From an uncultured virus (IMG/VR IMGVR_UViG_3300005977_000003) (taxonomy: Adnaviria; Zilligvirae; Taleaviricota; Tokiviricetes; Ligamenvirales), in IMG/VR virus record IMGVR_UViG_3300005977_000003: a stretch of DNA of 57,166 nucleotides. One strand, written 5' to 3'. Position 1 is the stretch's first letter. Every line of letters starts with the position of its first letter. Shown in pieces: positions 29,789-38,941 of this stretch. The notes under the pieces are model-generated. The model was not told where the DNA came from. It saw only the letters and a program-made list of their open reading frames with translations, and did no database searches. Made by a program: the position numbers and the translations under genes.

Positions 29789-30127
29789 ATGAAAGTGAGA
29801 CTACAGGAATCAGGGGCACTAGGAATCTTACGATGCCCAACGGACAATAAGACGTTGTTGACCTTCAACAATGACGATGTTATTTTAGAGGACTGTGAAC
29901 ATTACCACTGGCATTTAGGTCCTGATGAAGGAGAGATCAACAAGAAAGACGAGAGGGGTGATGAAGAAGACGGTGAGGAGGAAACTGAAGAGGAAGACGA
30001 GGAGGGCGAGGAACTAGACGAACAAGATTGGTTTGAGATATTGAGACAGAACTATATTGCCGCCGTTAGCGTCGAAGGGACAAAGTTTTATCTAATACCG
30101 GTTAAAAAGGCAATGGAGAAAGGCTAA
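29789..30127 (+). CDS. family A protein with acidic insert
   Basis: RCPTD...DCEHYHW, poly-E/D tract. Confidence 0.65.
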   Translation: MKVRLQESGALGILRCPTDNKTLLTFNNDDVILEDCEHYHWHLGPDEGEINKKDERGDEEDGEEETEEEDEEGEELDEQDWFEILRQNYIAAVSVEGTKFYLIPVKKAMEKG

Positions 30128-30144
30128 CTTTTTCGGGGAGGAAG

Positions 30145-30423
30145 ATGGCAACCCAAACGGATATATTAGTTATACTATATCCTAACAATGGAAATGATAT
30201 AGAAGGTGTTTTTATATTAGATCCTTATGATGGAAAATTTGGCTTTTATAAGGCTACAACGTTAGAGGAGGTTAGACAAATTTTAAGGGAGAAACTGCCC
30301 TTTTGTTCGCAGTGGCATTCTCCAATTATACATGGTAGAGCGATTATCATAGATTGGAAGGATCTACCTTCCACTTTACAGGTTATACAAACTCCGAAGG
30401 ACATTGAAAAGTTATTAAGTTAA
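30145..30423 (+). CDS. hypothetical protein
   Basis: 92 aa, follows the motif. Confidence 0.6.
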   Translation: MATQTDILVILYPNNGNDIEGVFILDPYDGKFGFYKATTLEEVRQILREKLPFCSQWHSPIIHGRAIIIDWKDLPSTLQVIQTPKDIEKLLS

Positions 30424-30482
30424 TTTTTCAACGTTTTAATAAGAAGGTTATTTATGTAATCTAACTTTTTCCGGGGATAAAG

Positions 30483-30725
30483 GTGTGGGACGATAAAATG
30501 TTTAGAAGCTTAATCATCACAAAGACCTGTCCGCAGTGCGGACAGGAACTAATGAAAATAAGTGAGGAAGGAGATATACAGTTTCTGCCATGCGATCATT
30601 ACAAATGGTGGTTCCTTATTGCAACAAAGGAAGGTAGGGACGAGTTACAGATATCGGCAGGAACCTTCAAGGTTAGAATCAGGCTCTGGAAGAGAGAACT
30701 TAGCGAGCTTCAAGATAAGACTTAG
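30483..30725 (+). CDS. family A small Zn-binding protein
   Basis: CPQCG...PCDHYKW. Confidence 0.65.
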   Translation: MWDDKMFRSLIITKTCPQCGQELMKISEEGDIQFLPCDHYKWWFLIATKEGRDELQISAGTFKVRIRLWKRELSELQDKT

Positions 30726-30756
30726 GATTGGAAAAGGTAATTTTTCGGGGATAAGA

Positions 30757-31146
30757 ATGAAGATAACTCTAGAAGGTGAAAAATGGACGCCATACATAAG
30801 GTGTCCTGTTGACGGAACAGAGATACTGGTTGCACATGGTGACAATATTATTCTGCAGGACTGCGAACATCTGCATTGGCTTTATCCTGATGACCCTAGT
30901 GAACCTCCAGAGAAAACTAATAATGTCGACGAAGTGGATGAATATGCTAACTTTGATGACTTTTTGAAAAGAAGGTATATCACCACCATTATGACTGGGC
31001 AAAGAAAGCTTTATCTAGTGTGGTTTGTTGACAGACCGGCAGAAGGCGGTTTTGCTGTTCGAGATGGGCGCTTACCGCATGATGGTAGAATGCAGTGGGT
31101 TTTCTTCCTACCACCAGGTTTTCAAGATAACTTACCAACCCAGTAA
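30757..31146 (+). CDS. family A protein
   Basis: RCPVD...DCEHLHW; start reassigned after the motif. Confidence 0.65.
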   Translation: MKITLEGEKWTPYIRCPVDGTEILVAHGDNIILQDCEHLHWLYPDDPSEPPEKTNNVDEVDEYANFDDFLKRRYITTIMTGQRKLYLVWFVDRPAEGGFAVRDGRLPHDGRMQWVFFLPPGFQDNLPTQ

Positions 31147-31162
31147 TTTTTCGGGGATCAAG

Positions 31163-31681
31163 ATGGAGAAATGGGTGAACGAGCTGAGAAATCTTGAATT
31201 TCCAGAGTACAAGAAAGTGTTAGATGAGAAGATAGAAGAGGCTACAGTTTCTTCTAATGGTTACGTTGACTACTACAGGACTTTAATCTATTCCATCGCC
31301 GTCAATACCCTGAATAGAATGCCAAGGAATATCTACCAAGCTCTAAGGGATGAGTATGGAGATAGAGAACCTGTAATACTCGACGACGATGCGGACCCCC
31401 TAGTGGACTTGCTAGTTGAGAAACTACTTATGTATATTGACGTAAAGAGGTCAGGGGTTAAAGGAAAGGCAGAGATAAAGTTCAAGCAGGGAAACTGGTA
31501 TAAGATACAGGTTATTGTTGATATTCCTAGGAAGATAGTGCACGATGAATACGTTAAGTTCTTCGAGGATTACGTATGTGGAAACGAAACTGAATGGAAC
31601 TACAGAGAGGATGGAGTTGTCAACGATCACGAGATCTTCCTTACGAAGAAGGAACTAAGGAGATATAGGAGAATCTGTTAA
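31163..31681 (+). CDS. family B hypothetical protein
   Basis: VDIPRKIVHDEYVKFFE..C..ETEW...FLTKKELRRY; paralog of 34682 and 39778. Confidence 0.65.
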   Translation: MEKWVNELRNLEFPEYKKVLDEKIEEATVSSNGYVDYYRTLIYSIAVNTLNRMPRNIYQALRDEYGDREPVILDDDADPLVDLLVEKLLMYIDVKRSGVKGKAEIKFKQGNWYKIQVIVDIPRKIVHDEYVKFFEDYVCGNETEWNYREDGVVNDHEIFLTKKELRRYRRIC

Positions 31682-31713
31682 TCCACTTTCGTGATTTCTT
31701 TTCGGGGATAAGA

Positions 31714-32007
31714 ATGAAAAGAGAGGAGATAATTGAGCTGGTAAATAAAATTAACAATAATCCTAAGAGGTTGAAGAGAGGTCTTTACCCGTTGGAATAT
31801 AAGGACGACGGATTTAGAATAGTTTTTAGCGTTTACTTGAAACGATTTGCCTTCCTTCCAGAGGGTAAGTTGCTCTTGGAGGAGGCGATACTAGATTATG
31901 ACTTCAAAGGGATGTACTACTGGATCCCTTACGGTGAAATACCAAAAGGGTTCACCACACCAGCAATCAAATTGTCCACACTACACGATGAAGATAAGAA
32001 GGAGTAG
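31714..32007 (+). CDS. family C hypothetical protein
   Basis: LYPLEYKDDGFRIVF...YYWIPY..IPKGFTTPA. Confidence 0.65.
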   Translation: MKREEIIELVNKINNNPKRLKRGLYPLEYKDDGFRIVFSVYLKRFAFLPEGKLLLEEAILDYDFKGMYYWIPYGEIPKGFTTPAIKLSTLHDEDKKE

Positions 32008-32026
32008 CTTTTTCGGGGGTTTGTGT

Positions 32027-32311
32027 ATGAAAAAAGAGAAGATAATCAATTTGGTAAACAAAATTAACGCCAGCCCGGAAAGGATAAGGAGACGTCTCTA
32101 CCCGTTAGAGTACAAGGACGACGGTTTTAGGATTGTCTTCGAACCATATTTAGAACAGTTTATGTTTCTTCCTGAGGGAAAGCTCCTCAGGAAGAAAGCG
32201 ATCAAGGATTGGGATTCTAGAGGAATCTATTACTGGATACCATATCGCAAAATACCAAAAGGCTTCACTACACCTGCACTCCGGTTGGCTAAGTTACGTG
32301 AAGGTAGATAA
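32027..32311 (+). CDS. family C hypothetical protein (tandem paralog)
   Basis: Same motifs as the 31714 ORF; start reassigned after the motif. Confidence 0.65.
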   Translation: MKKEKIINLVNKINASPERIRRRLYPLEYKDDGFRIVFEPYLEQFMFLPEGKLLRKKAIKDWDSRGIYYWIPYRKIPKGFTTPALRLAKLREGR

Positions 32312-32329
32312 CGTTTTTCGGGGATAGAA

Positions 32330-32506
32330 ATGGTGGCAAGAATGGAGATTGTCAGGTGTGAGTACGATGGCGAACCGTTGCTAGCTATATCACTCGACGG
32401 AACGGTTTACCTTTGGAAATGCGAACACCATCAATGGCATCTGGAGAACGACGGTAAGTTTAATCGCAATGGAGTAGGAATATTAAGGATGATCAATAAG
32501 GTGTGA
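32330..32506 (+). CDS. family A protein, 58 aa (not in ORF track)
   Basis: MVARMEIVRCEYDGEPLL...KCEHHQW. Confidence 0.6.
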   Translation: MVARMEIVRCEYDGEPLLAISLDGTVYLWKCEHHQWHLENDGKFNRNGVGILRMINKV

Positions 32507-32522
32507 TTTTTCGGGGATAGAA

Positions 32523-32705
32523 ATGTCGGAAGATCTAAGAATAATATGGGCCTGCCCAGAATGTGGGCAGTACTTAATTAATGAGGCTAAAGAAGGAATT
32601 TTCTTCCAGAATTGCGAACATTTTGAATGGTGGACTAACCTGAGAAAATTAAGTATTGATGAATTAAAAACAAAGGGTATCCAACTACTACTTTCGAAAA
32701 GGTAA
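32523..32705 (+). CDS. family A small Zn-binding protein
   Basis: CPECG...NCEHFEW. Confidence 0.65.
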   Translation: MSEDLRIIWACPECGQYLINEAKEGIFFQNCEHFEWWTNLRKLSIDELKTKGIQLLLSKR

Positions 32706-32723
32706 TTTTTCGGGGGATATAAG

Positions 32724-33263
32724 ATGGAGGATCTGAAGATTGAGGTAGGTGTGAAGGATGATAAGTACCCCTATCTAGATGACAAGAACATTAACTTAAC
32801 CAATCTTAGAGGAGTGAGGGGAAGGCTTATCTACCTTTCCGCAAGGCTTATTAACGCTAATACTGTCACTTTAAAGAGGTTGAACGAGTTTGCCGCTAGG
32901 CTCGATAACGCCAAGATTGCGAAGACAGAGAAGGGGACGTTGGTTGTCAAGTATGAGGATGGATCAACCCTTTATCTGGTGGAAATTCCATCAGGCTATA
33001 GGGGTAGCGTTAACGTTGAGGTGGTTAATGGCGACTGCCAAATCTCTGAGGTGCTAACCTCGCCAAGAGGGTCACTGGGTGAGATTAAGCACGTATGGTG
33101 CAACGGTAATGCCGTAATAAAGTACAAGATCACAGGTAGGACTAGTACTGTTGGTTATGGGAAATTGAGGAATTTATATGGTGAGAATCTAGAGGGTACA
33201 GTGACCGTTGAGGGAGGGAAGGTTAGTGTCGTCTTTGACGAGGAATTGGACAAGTTGATCTAA
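32724..33263 (+). CDS. hypothetical protein
   Basis: 179 aa between motifs. Confidence 0.6.
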   Translation: MEDLKIEVGVKDDKYPYLDDKNINLTNLRGVRGRLIYLSARLINANTVTLKRLNEFAARLDNAKIAKTEKGTLVVKYEDGSTLYLVEIPSGYRGSVNVEVVNGDCQISEVLTSPRGSLGEIKHVWCNGNAVIKYKITGRTSTVGYGKLRNLYGENLEGTVTVEGGKVSVVFDEELDKLI

Positions 33264-33279
33264 TTTTTCGGGGATAAGT

Positions 33280-34164
33280 ATGAATACGTTTGAAATTAAT
33301 GATGGCAATCACAAATATATCCTCACAGGAAAGACGCTAATAGATGACACAATTCTAATAGAATTTAGGATAGAGGGTAATCTGTGGGACTGCCTGAAGA
33401 CTTACCCGTGGTATTTTGGTGTAACAAATTTTGAGGAACTTGTGAATCTCGATAAAGATGAAATTATTGAGATAATCGAGAGGCAATTCAATGAAAAATA
33501 TTTCTACCCAATGCCATACGAACAGGTTAGGAAATATGTTAAAACGCTTATCAAAAACACCATCGAATCTATAGACGTTGCAATTGATCATGTGAAGAAT
33601 AAGATTCCAGATTTCACATCCCTGATCAAAAATGTTACCTCGATTAGTAGTATATTTGATGGTAAGGTAAAATTAGTACTGGATGAGGAACACGACAAGC
33701 TATCTGAGTATTATTCTCTGATAACGACGGACGCTGGGCACATGCCCGTTCCTATATTTATGCAATACCTCGAGGTAGGGGTCAGGAGCGACGAGGACAA
33801 GATAAGTATTTTAAAGAATGTATTGTACTTCATCAAAGGATACGATGAAAAGATACCAGAGGAAAGGAGGGACTGGGAATCTGAGCTAACTGATGACGTG
33901 AGGGGGGCGAAGTCAGAGCTATTTCAAAAAGCAGTAGTGCTGTACAATAAATTGCCCGAGGAAAAGAGGTACCCTGTTGATGATGAATATTATTCCTATG
34001 AGTGTCCGGAGGACTCCTTGCCAGATGGTATAGGTTACTGCAGGAATTTCTACTATGAGGACTTGATGAAGAAGACCGAGGAAGAGTTAGCAAACGAGAT
34101 CATAGAATCACTTACCAAGATAAGGGAAAAGATGTTAAGTTTGAAAGAATACTACGATGGTTAA
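33280..34164 (+). CDS. acidic hypothetical protein
   Basis: 294 aa between motifs. Confidence 0.6.
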   Translation: MNTFEINDGNHKYILTGKTLIDDTILIEFRIEGNLWDCLKTYPWYFGVTNFEELVNLDKDEIIEIIERQFNEKYFYPMPYEQVRKYVKTLIKNTIESIDVAIDHVKNKIPDFTSLIKNVTSISSIFDGKVKLVLDEEHDKLSEYYSLITTDAGHMPVPIFMQYLEVGVRSDEDKISILKNVLYFIKGYDEKIPEERRDWESELTDDVRGAKSELFQKAVVLYNKLPEEKRYPVDDEYYSYECPEDSLPDGIGYCRNFYYEDLMKKTEEELANEIIESLTKIREKMLSLKEYYDG

Positions 34165-34188
34165 ATTATTTTTTAATCGGGGATAAAA

Positions 34189-34503
34189 ATGCAACCCAAC
34201 GAGGAAACGAATAAATTGATCACGGAATTCATCGAACTTTTCTTCAGAAATTACGTTAAAGAATTCAATGTTAAGTTCGACGAATTACAGGTACTACTTA
34301 ATGAAGACGAATTTAAAGAATTGATAGGTGAATACGACAGTAGTAACGGTGCAATTAATGACGGAGTTTACACCGACGAATATGTGTACGATATTGACGA
34401 TGTTAATATGAAGAAACTGATAATTGACTATATGAAGACAGATGACGGAGAATACGTAATACTGTCAATACAAGGATTTGACGACGTGAAACCGACAAAC
34501 TAA
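34189..34503 (+). CDS. acidic DUF1374/AcrID1-like protein (candidate anti-CRISPR)
   Basis: F.N..KE....FD...V.....EF..L...Y.DEY...LIIDY......VI pattern and size resemble AcrID1 as recalled from memory. Confidence 0.5.
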   Translation: MQPNEETNKLITEFIELFFRNYVKEFNVKFDELQVLLNEDEFKELIGEYDSSNGAINDGVYTDEYVYDIDDVNMKKLIIDYMKTDDGEYVILSIQGFDDVKPTN

Positions 34504-34521
34504 TCTTTTTCGGGGATGAAC

Positions 34522-34620
34522 ATGGGAATATTAAGGATAATAAGACTAAGAATAAGGCTACTAAGACTAAGGTTGAGACTACTTAGGATGAGACTGTGGA
34601 AGCTGAGACCGTTGGTGTAA
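34522..34620 (+). CDS. 32-aa Arg/Leu-rich peptide (not in ORF track)
   Basis: MGILRIIRLRIRLLRLRLRLLRMRLWKLRPLV, directly after a motif. Confidence 0.45.
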   Translation: MGILRIIRLRIRLLRLRLRLLRMRLWKLRPLV

Positions 34621-34681
34621 TGCGGAGAAAAGCGAACATTTTTTCGGGGATGGAGGAGTAACGTTTCTTCGGGGATCAGTA

Positions 34682-35215
34682 ATGGAAGAGGTATTGTGGG
34701 TTAACGAAATAAGGGACGTCGGATTTCCAGAGTTCGACAAAGTAATAAAGGAGATGATAGAGGCAGACACCACAGGATACAGAGTCTGTTTTGCAGACTA
34801 CCAATGGATGTTAATTCATTCCATTGTATTGAATACTATAAACAGCTTACCAAAACCTATCTATCAGGCCATGATATCCAAATACAACGATGACGAATAT
34901 ATAATACGTGCGTTAAGTAGACGACTACTTAGGAGATTACAGATAAAGAGAAACGGAGCTAAAGGAAAGGTGACGATGAGGGTTAAAGGGGATAAACCGT
35001 ATAAACTGAGAATAGTTGTTGACATCCCTAGGAAGGTACTACACGACAAATATGTCGAGTTTTTCGAGAAATACGTTTGCGATAATGAAACGGAGTGGTG
35101 CTACTGTAGGGGGGAGGGTGAAGTTCTTGACCACGAGGTCTTCCTTACGAAGAAGGAGTTAAGGAAGTATAAGCGAATGTGTGAATCCACTTGTGTAGAT
35201 TTCATACCCTATTAG
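34682..35215 (+). CDS. family B hypothetical protein
   Basis: VDIPRKVLHDKYVEFFE..C..ETEWCYC. Confidence 0.65.
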   Translation: MEEVLWVNEIRDVGFPEFDKVIKEMIEADTTGYRVCFADYQWMLIHSIVLNTINSLPKPIYQAMISKYNDDEYIIRALSRRLLRRLQIKRNGAKGKVTMRVKGDKPYKLRIVVDIPRKVLHDKYVEFFEKYVCDNETEWCYCRGEGEVLDHEVFLTKKELRKYKRMCESTCVDFIPY

Positions 35216-35261
35216 CGTCCATCTAGTAATTCTAATAGGTCAAGATTTTTCGGGGATTGAG

Positions 35262-35558
35262 ATGGGAGTTGAAAGGGCAATACACACCTTACAGGATGGA
35301 CAGGAGGAGAGCTTGTACTGTAAGATGTGCTACGAAGAGTTGTCCAGGGAGTTCTATAACGATAGTGGTATACAAGTGCTCCTTAGGGTGAACGACTGTG
35401 AACATTACCAGTGGATTTTTGTGGGGGATCCGTTTTTGGATCCCCCATGGGATGTGGTGACAAGGGAGATCATTAACAATGCCGTTGCTAAGGTGGACGC
35501 AAGTGGTGGCAAGTATTTCCTCCTACCAAGAAGTCTGGCTGAGAGGTATTCGAATTGA
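35262..35558 (+). CDS. family A protein
   Basis: CKMC...DCEHYQW...LDPPWD...KYFLLPRS. Confidence 0.65.
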   Translation: MGVERAIHTLQDGQEESLYCKMCYEELSREFYNDSGIQVLLRVNDCEHYQWIFVGDPFLDPPWDVVTREIINNAVAKVDASGGKYFLLPRSLAERYSN

Positions 35559-35575
35559 TTTTTCGGGGAAAGAAG

Positions 35576-35869
35576 ATGGCTGTGAAGTGGATAGTGGAGA
35601 ACGAAGAGAATGGACAGCTAGGAAAGTTCTACTGTACAATATGTAAGCAAGATCTGTCTAGAGTATTCTATACCTGGGGAGGTGCCTACCAGTTTCTCGG
35701 TGTTTACGATTGCAAACACTATGAATGGGTCTTCGTAGGGGACTACGACTTGGATCCCCCATGGGATGAGGAGACAAAGAAGATTGTAGAGAATTCCCTA
35801 GGATCCGTTGTGGAACAGCACGGTAAGTACTTCCTTCTACCAAGGAGTTTTGTAGACAGGTACAAGTAA
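35576..35869 (+). CDS. family A protein
   Basis: CTIC...DCKHYEW...LDPPWD...KYFLLPRS; start reassigned after the motif. Confidence 0.65.
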   Translation: MAVKWIVENEENGQLGKFYCTICKQDLSRVFYTWGGAYQFLGVYDCKHYEWVFVGDYDLDPPWDEETKKIVENSLGSVVEQHGKYFLLPRSFVDRYK

Positions 35870-35889
35870 CAAATTTTTCGGGGGTCAGC

Positions 35890-36408
35890 ATGTTATACCC
35901 TACTTTCAATGAGAAAGGTATACCCAACAAAAAGTTGATGTTAAACGTGGACAGAGATGGGGTATTACTGGTGGATGGGGAGAAACTGATAACATTAACT
36001 GTGAGCTATAAGGGGGTGGTGAAGGCGGTTATGAAAAACCTGGTGTTCAAACCCGAATTGATAGCAGGAGGGAGAATAGAAATAGAGGATGTGAACTACG
36101 ATATGGATGGTCTTATACGTTTCCTATCCACGGCATCATATCAAGTGTTTGGTTCTGAAAAGGCGTTAATTGCAATGTTATACAAGAAGGTCTTCAAGGA
36201 TAAAGTGTACACATTTTACGCTATAGTACCAAAACCCACAGGAGAACTCCTCCCTAATTACGTCGTGCAGGAAATGGTGAAGGGGGAGAAGAGGTACTAT
36301 ATCATGTACACTGGACTTGGAATGTTTGGAATAGTCAGTAACGTTGAAGGTGGAAAAGGAATAATAAGGAAGATTAACAAAACCTTTAGTGTGTGGGTGT
36401 ACAAATGA
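35890..36408 (+). CDS. hypothetical protein
   Basis: 172 aa, follows the motif. Confidence 0.6.
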   Translation: MLYPTFNEKGIPNKKLMLNVDRDGVLLVDGEKLITLTVSYKGVVKAVMKNLVFKPELIAGGRIEIEDVNYDMDGLIRFLSTASYQVFGSEKALIAMLYKKVFKDKVYTFYAIVPKPTGELLPNYVVQEMVKGEKRYYIMYTGLGMFGIVSNVEGGKGIIRKINKTFSVWVYK

Positions 36409-36647
36409 TCGAGATAAGGAATATTCTATTACGTGAGAAACCCACGATACTCAAAGTTATCTCTGAGGATGGAAGGGTAATACTTGTGATGAATAAGGAG
36501 AGGCATAGGTTAATCTCGACACTGGAAGAGGTGGAGGAAACCTTGGAGGGTTTGAGGAAGATTGGTGTTCTACAGGACTTCATGGTTGTTGAAAGGTTTG
36601 ATGCGGAGACAAGTAGTTGGAGGACTTACAGGCTTAAGTGGTTGTGA
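36393..36647 (+). CDS. hypothetical protein
   Basis: 84 aa, overlaps the upstream gene. Confidence 0.55.
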   Translation: MGVQMIEIRNILLREKPTILKVISEDGRVILVMNKERHRLISTLEEVEETLEGLRKIGVLQDFMVVERFDAETSSWRTYRLKWL

Positions 36648-36665
36648 TTTTTTCGGGGTGATAGA

Positions 36666-36872
36666 TTGGTAAAAATAATAAGGATAACGGTTAAAGAGGG
36701 CGAAACAAAGGTTGACTACATTGGTTATGAGGGAAAGCAGTGTGACGCCGCTGATGATAGGTTTAGGAGTAGCCTAAGGAAGATAACGGGTTTTGAAGTG
36801 GTGGAGAGGAGGAATAAGCCAGAGTATTACGAGGGTGAGGGCAGTGAGAATATGCTTAGGAGTGAGGAGTGA
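36666..36872 (+). CDS. DUF2997-like small protein
   Basis: G.TKVD..G.EG..C......L......KPEYY pattern; next to an AAA ATPase. Confidence 0.6.
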   Translation: MVKIIRITVKEGETKVDYIGYEGKQCDAADDRFRSSLRKITGFEVVERRNKPEYYEGEGSENMLRSEE

Positions 36873-37004
36873 CGAGTGCGATGCCTTAGTTTACGATGGT
36901 TATGCGGTTGTGAATACGAACGTTGACGCAAAGAAGTTGGCAAAGATGTTGGGGTCGGATGAAAAGGCAATAAGCCCGTGCGGATAACTTTTTCGGGGAT
37001 CGAG

Positions 37005-38519
37005 ATGCACTGGTATGATAAGATAACCGGTTATGTTAAGAATAAAATTAGTAACGTCGGAGTGGTTGTCACGGATGATATTTACAGGCTTTACGAGTTA
37101 ATTAACATCACGAGGGATAGGAAGGAGGACGTGTGTTTTGTGGATTTACAGCAGGGTGATCTCGATAACCACAGTTTTACCATTTTCAGTGGTAGTACTG
37201 CGAGTAGGCAAACGCTTAATAGCGACACACATGCGGACTTCCTCTACAACCTATCGAGTAGGTGTACCGTCGTTTTGAAGTGGGTGGTAAATAAGTCGTT
37301 GGCTGACAGGCTTGAACCCATTATCTTCTCTCTACACTCCAACATCGACATGTATGACGACAGGATGAGGAATAGACATCCGGTACTCGTATTTAGCGTT
37401 AGTTACTTCTGGAATATCATTGACCTTGCCAGTGTTGAGGTGAACCCCACGGATGAGGAGTACGAACAACTACTACAGCAGGCGAAAAAGGTTTACGAGT
37501 ATACCCACAAGAGCGAGGTTGTTTTACCAAGTAGTGACGTGGTAAAGGGGCTTAACCTATGGACAGCACAGGGTGTCCTAAGGAACTCCATAGTTGTTGA
37601 GAAGGGTAAGGTGACTTTTGACAGTGACAAGATTAACGACTTTAAGAAGGAGATATTCCATAAGGCTGGTATTACCCTAATAAAAAGCGACATTAACTTC
37701 GAGTTTGTTGGAGGGCAGAGGTTACTGAAGGAATACGTTAGGAATAAGTGGAAGAGTATACTTAACCACCCAGAGGAGGCAATGGAGTATGGTGTCAGGT
37801 TGCCTAGGGGTATGATACTTCATGGTCCACCAGGTACAGGAAAGACTTGGTTCGTTAAGGCGTTGGCAGGCGAGTTAAACTTGCTAATGCTACAGATTAA
37901 TGCCGCAGACATTTTTAGTAAGTGGGTGGGAGAGTCGGAACAGAAGCTGAGGATGTTGACGAAGTACGCAGACATCACGAGGGCTGTCCTGTTCATAGAT
38001 GAGCTAGACGCATTAGCCTCCAAGAGGACGTCGGAAGAACATGAGGTTAGTAGGAGGGTTAAAAACATGTTTTTAGAGTGGCTTGGTGACGCTAACAGAA
38101 AGGCAATCGTGATAGGGGCGACCAACATGTTACAGGAGTTGGACGAGGCGTTCACTAGACCAGGAAGGTTTGATGATATACTACCAGTATCCTACCCCAA
38201 TAGGGAGGACTTAAAGGAGATATTCGGTGTACACATTTATAAGTACAACCCCATCAAACACGTTGACAAACTTGACATGGATAGGATTGCGGAGAGGGCG
38301 TATGGGTACTATTTGAAGCCTAACGAGGTTGAAAAGGTGGTACACAATGCGAAATTGAAGGCTTTCCTAAGTAAGGGAAAGCTTACGACTGAGATAATAT
38401 TGGAGGAGATAGACGAGGTAGGTAAGACTGTCAACGTTTCAGAGAGGTCGAGGTATATGAACGAGTATGAGAAGAAGGAGAAGGAGTTGTTAAGTAGCGT
38501 TAATACGAGGTGGTTCTAA
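37005..38519 (+). CDS. AAA+ ATPase (Ycf46/CDC48-like)
   Basis: GPPGTGKT, SKWVGESE, FIDELD, GATN, RPGRFD; start reassigned after the motif. Confidence 0.9.
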   Translation: MHWYDKITGYVKNKISNVGVVVTDDIYRLYELINITRDRKEDVCFVDLQQGDLDNHSFTIFSGSTASRQTLNSDTHADFLYNLSSRCTVVLKWVVNKSLADRLEPIIFSLHSNIDMYDDRMRNRHPVLVFSVSYFWNIIDLASVEVNPTDEEYEQLLQQAKKVYEYTHKSEVVLPSSDVVKGLNLWTAQGVLRNSIVVEKGKVTFDSDKINDFKKEIFHKAGITLIKSDINFEFVGGQRLLKEYVRNKWKSILNHPEEAMEYGVRLPRGMILHGPPGTGKTWFVKALAGELNLLMLQINAADIFSKWVGESEQKLRMLTKYADITRAVLFIDELDALASKRTSEEHEVSRRVKNMFLEWLGDANRKAIVIGATNMLQELDEAFTRPGRFDDILPVSYPNREDLKEIFGVHIYKYNPIKHVDKLDMDRIAERAYGYYLKPNEVEKVVHNAKLKAFLSKGKLTTEIILEEIDEVGKTVNVSERSRYMNEYEKKEKELLSSVNTRWF

Positions 38520-38539
38520 ACTTTTTTCGGGGTGAAGGC

Positions 38540-38911
38540 ATGTCCCACATAGTGAAGATAAACTTAAGTTTAAACATTAACGATAAGCAGGCTGTACTAC
38601 AGGCGTTGACTAAAATGGGTGTGAAGATATCGAGCGAACATAAGGTTAGCGACTATTACGGTAAGGTTACAACTGTCAGTGACGGATTAATCTCGTTTAA
38701 TGTGAAGGGTAGATGGTTTACGCTGGATAAGAATGGCAATCTCATTGGCGATACCTATGGTCTAGGCGAATTACCGATAAACACTATCAAGTTTGCCGTG
38801 TTACTTGCGGCAACGATGAAGAATGGAGGAAGGGTTAAGAAGGTTGAGATGATTGGTGATGGATGGACGGCTGACGTGGAGGACACGGTGGAGGAGAAGT
38901 TTGCGGCTTAA
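38540..38911 (+). CDS. DUF1257/Ycf35-like protein
   Basis: MSH....I.D...L.AL..MG...D.YG pattern; follows the ATPase. Confidence 0.55.
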   Translation: MSHIVKINLSLNINDKQAVLQALTKMGVKISSEHKVSDYYGKVTTVSDGLISFNVKGRWFTLDKNGNLIGDTYGLGELPINTIKFAVLLAATMKNGGRVKKVEMIGDGWTADVEDTVEEKFAA

Positions 38912-38941
38912 GCAAGTAGACTAATTTTTCGGGGAAAGAAG

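Noticed and set aside
30562..31162. Long N-terminal extensions in the ORF track (30562, 31025, and similarly 31898, 36978, 38510, 39748, 40239, 44033)
   Set aside because: They read through the intergenic motif (FSG/FRG/FGG peptides) and overlap upstream genes; the ATG after the motif is the better start.
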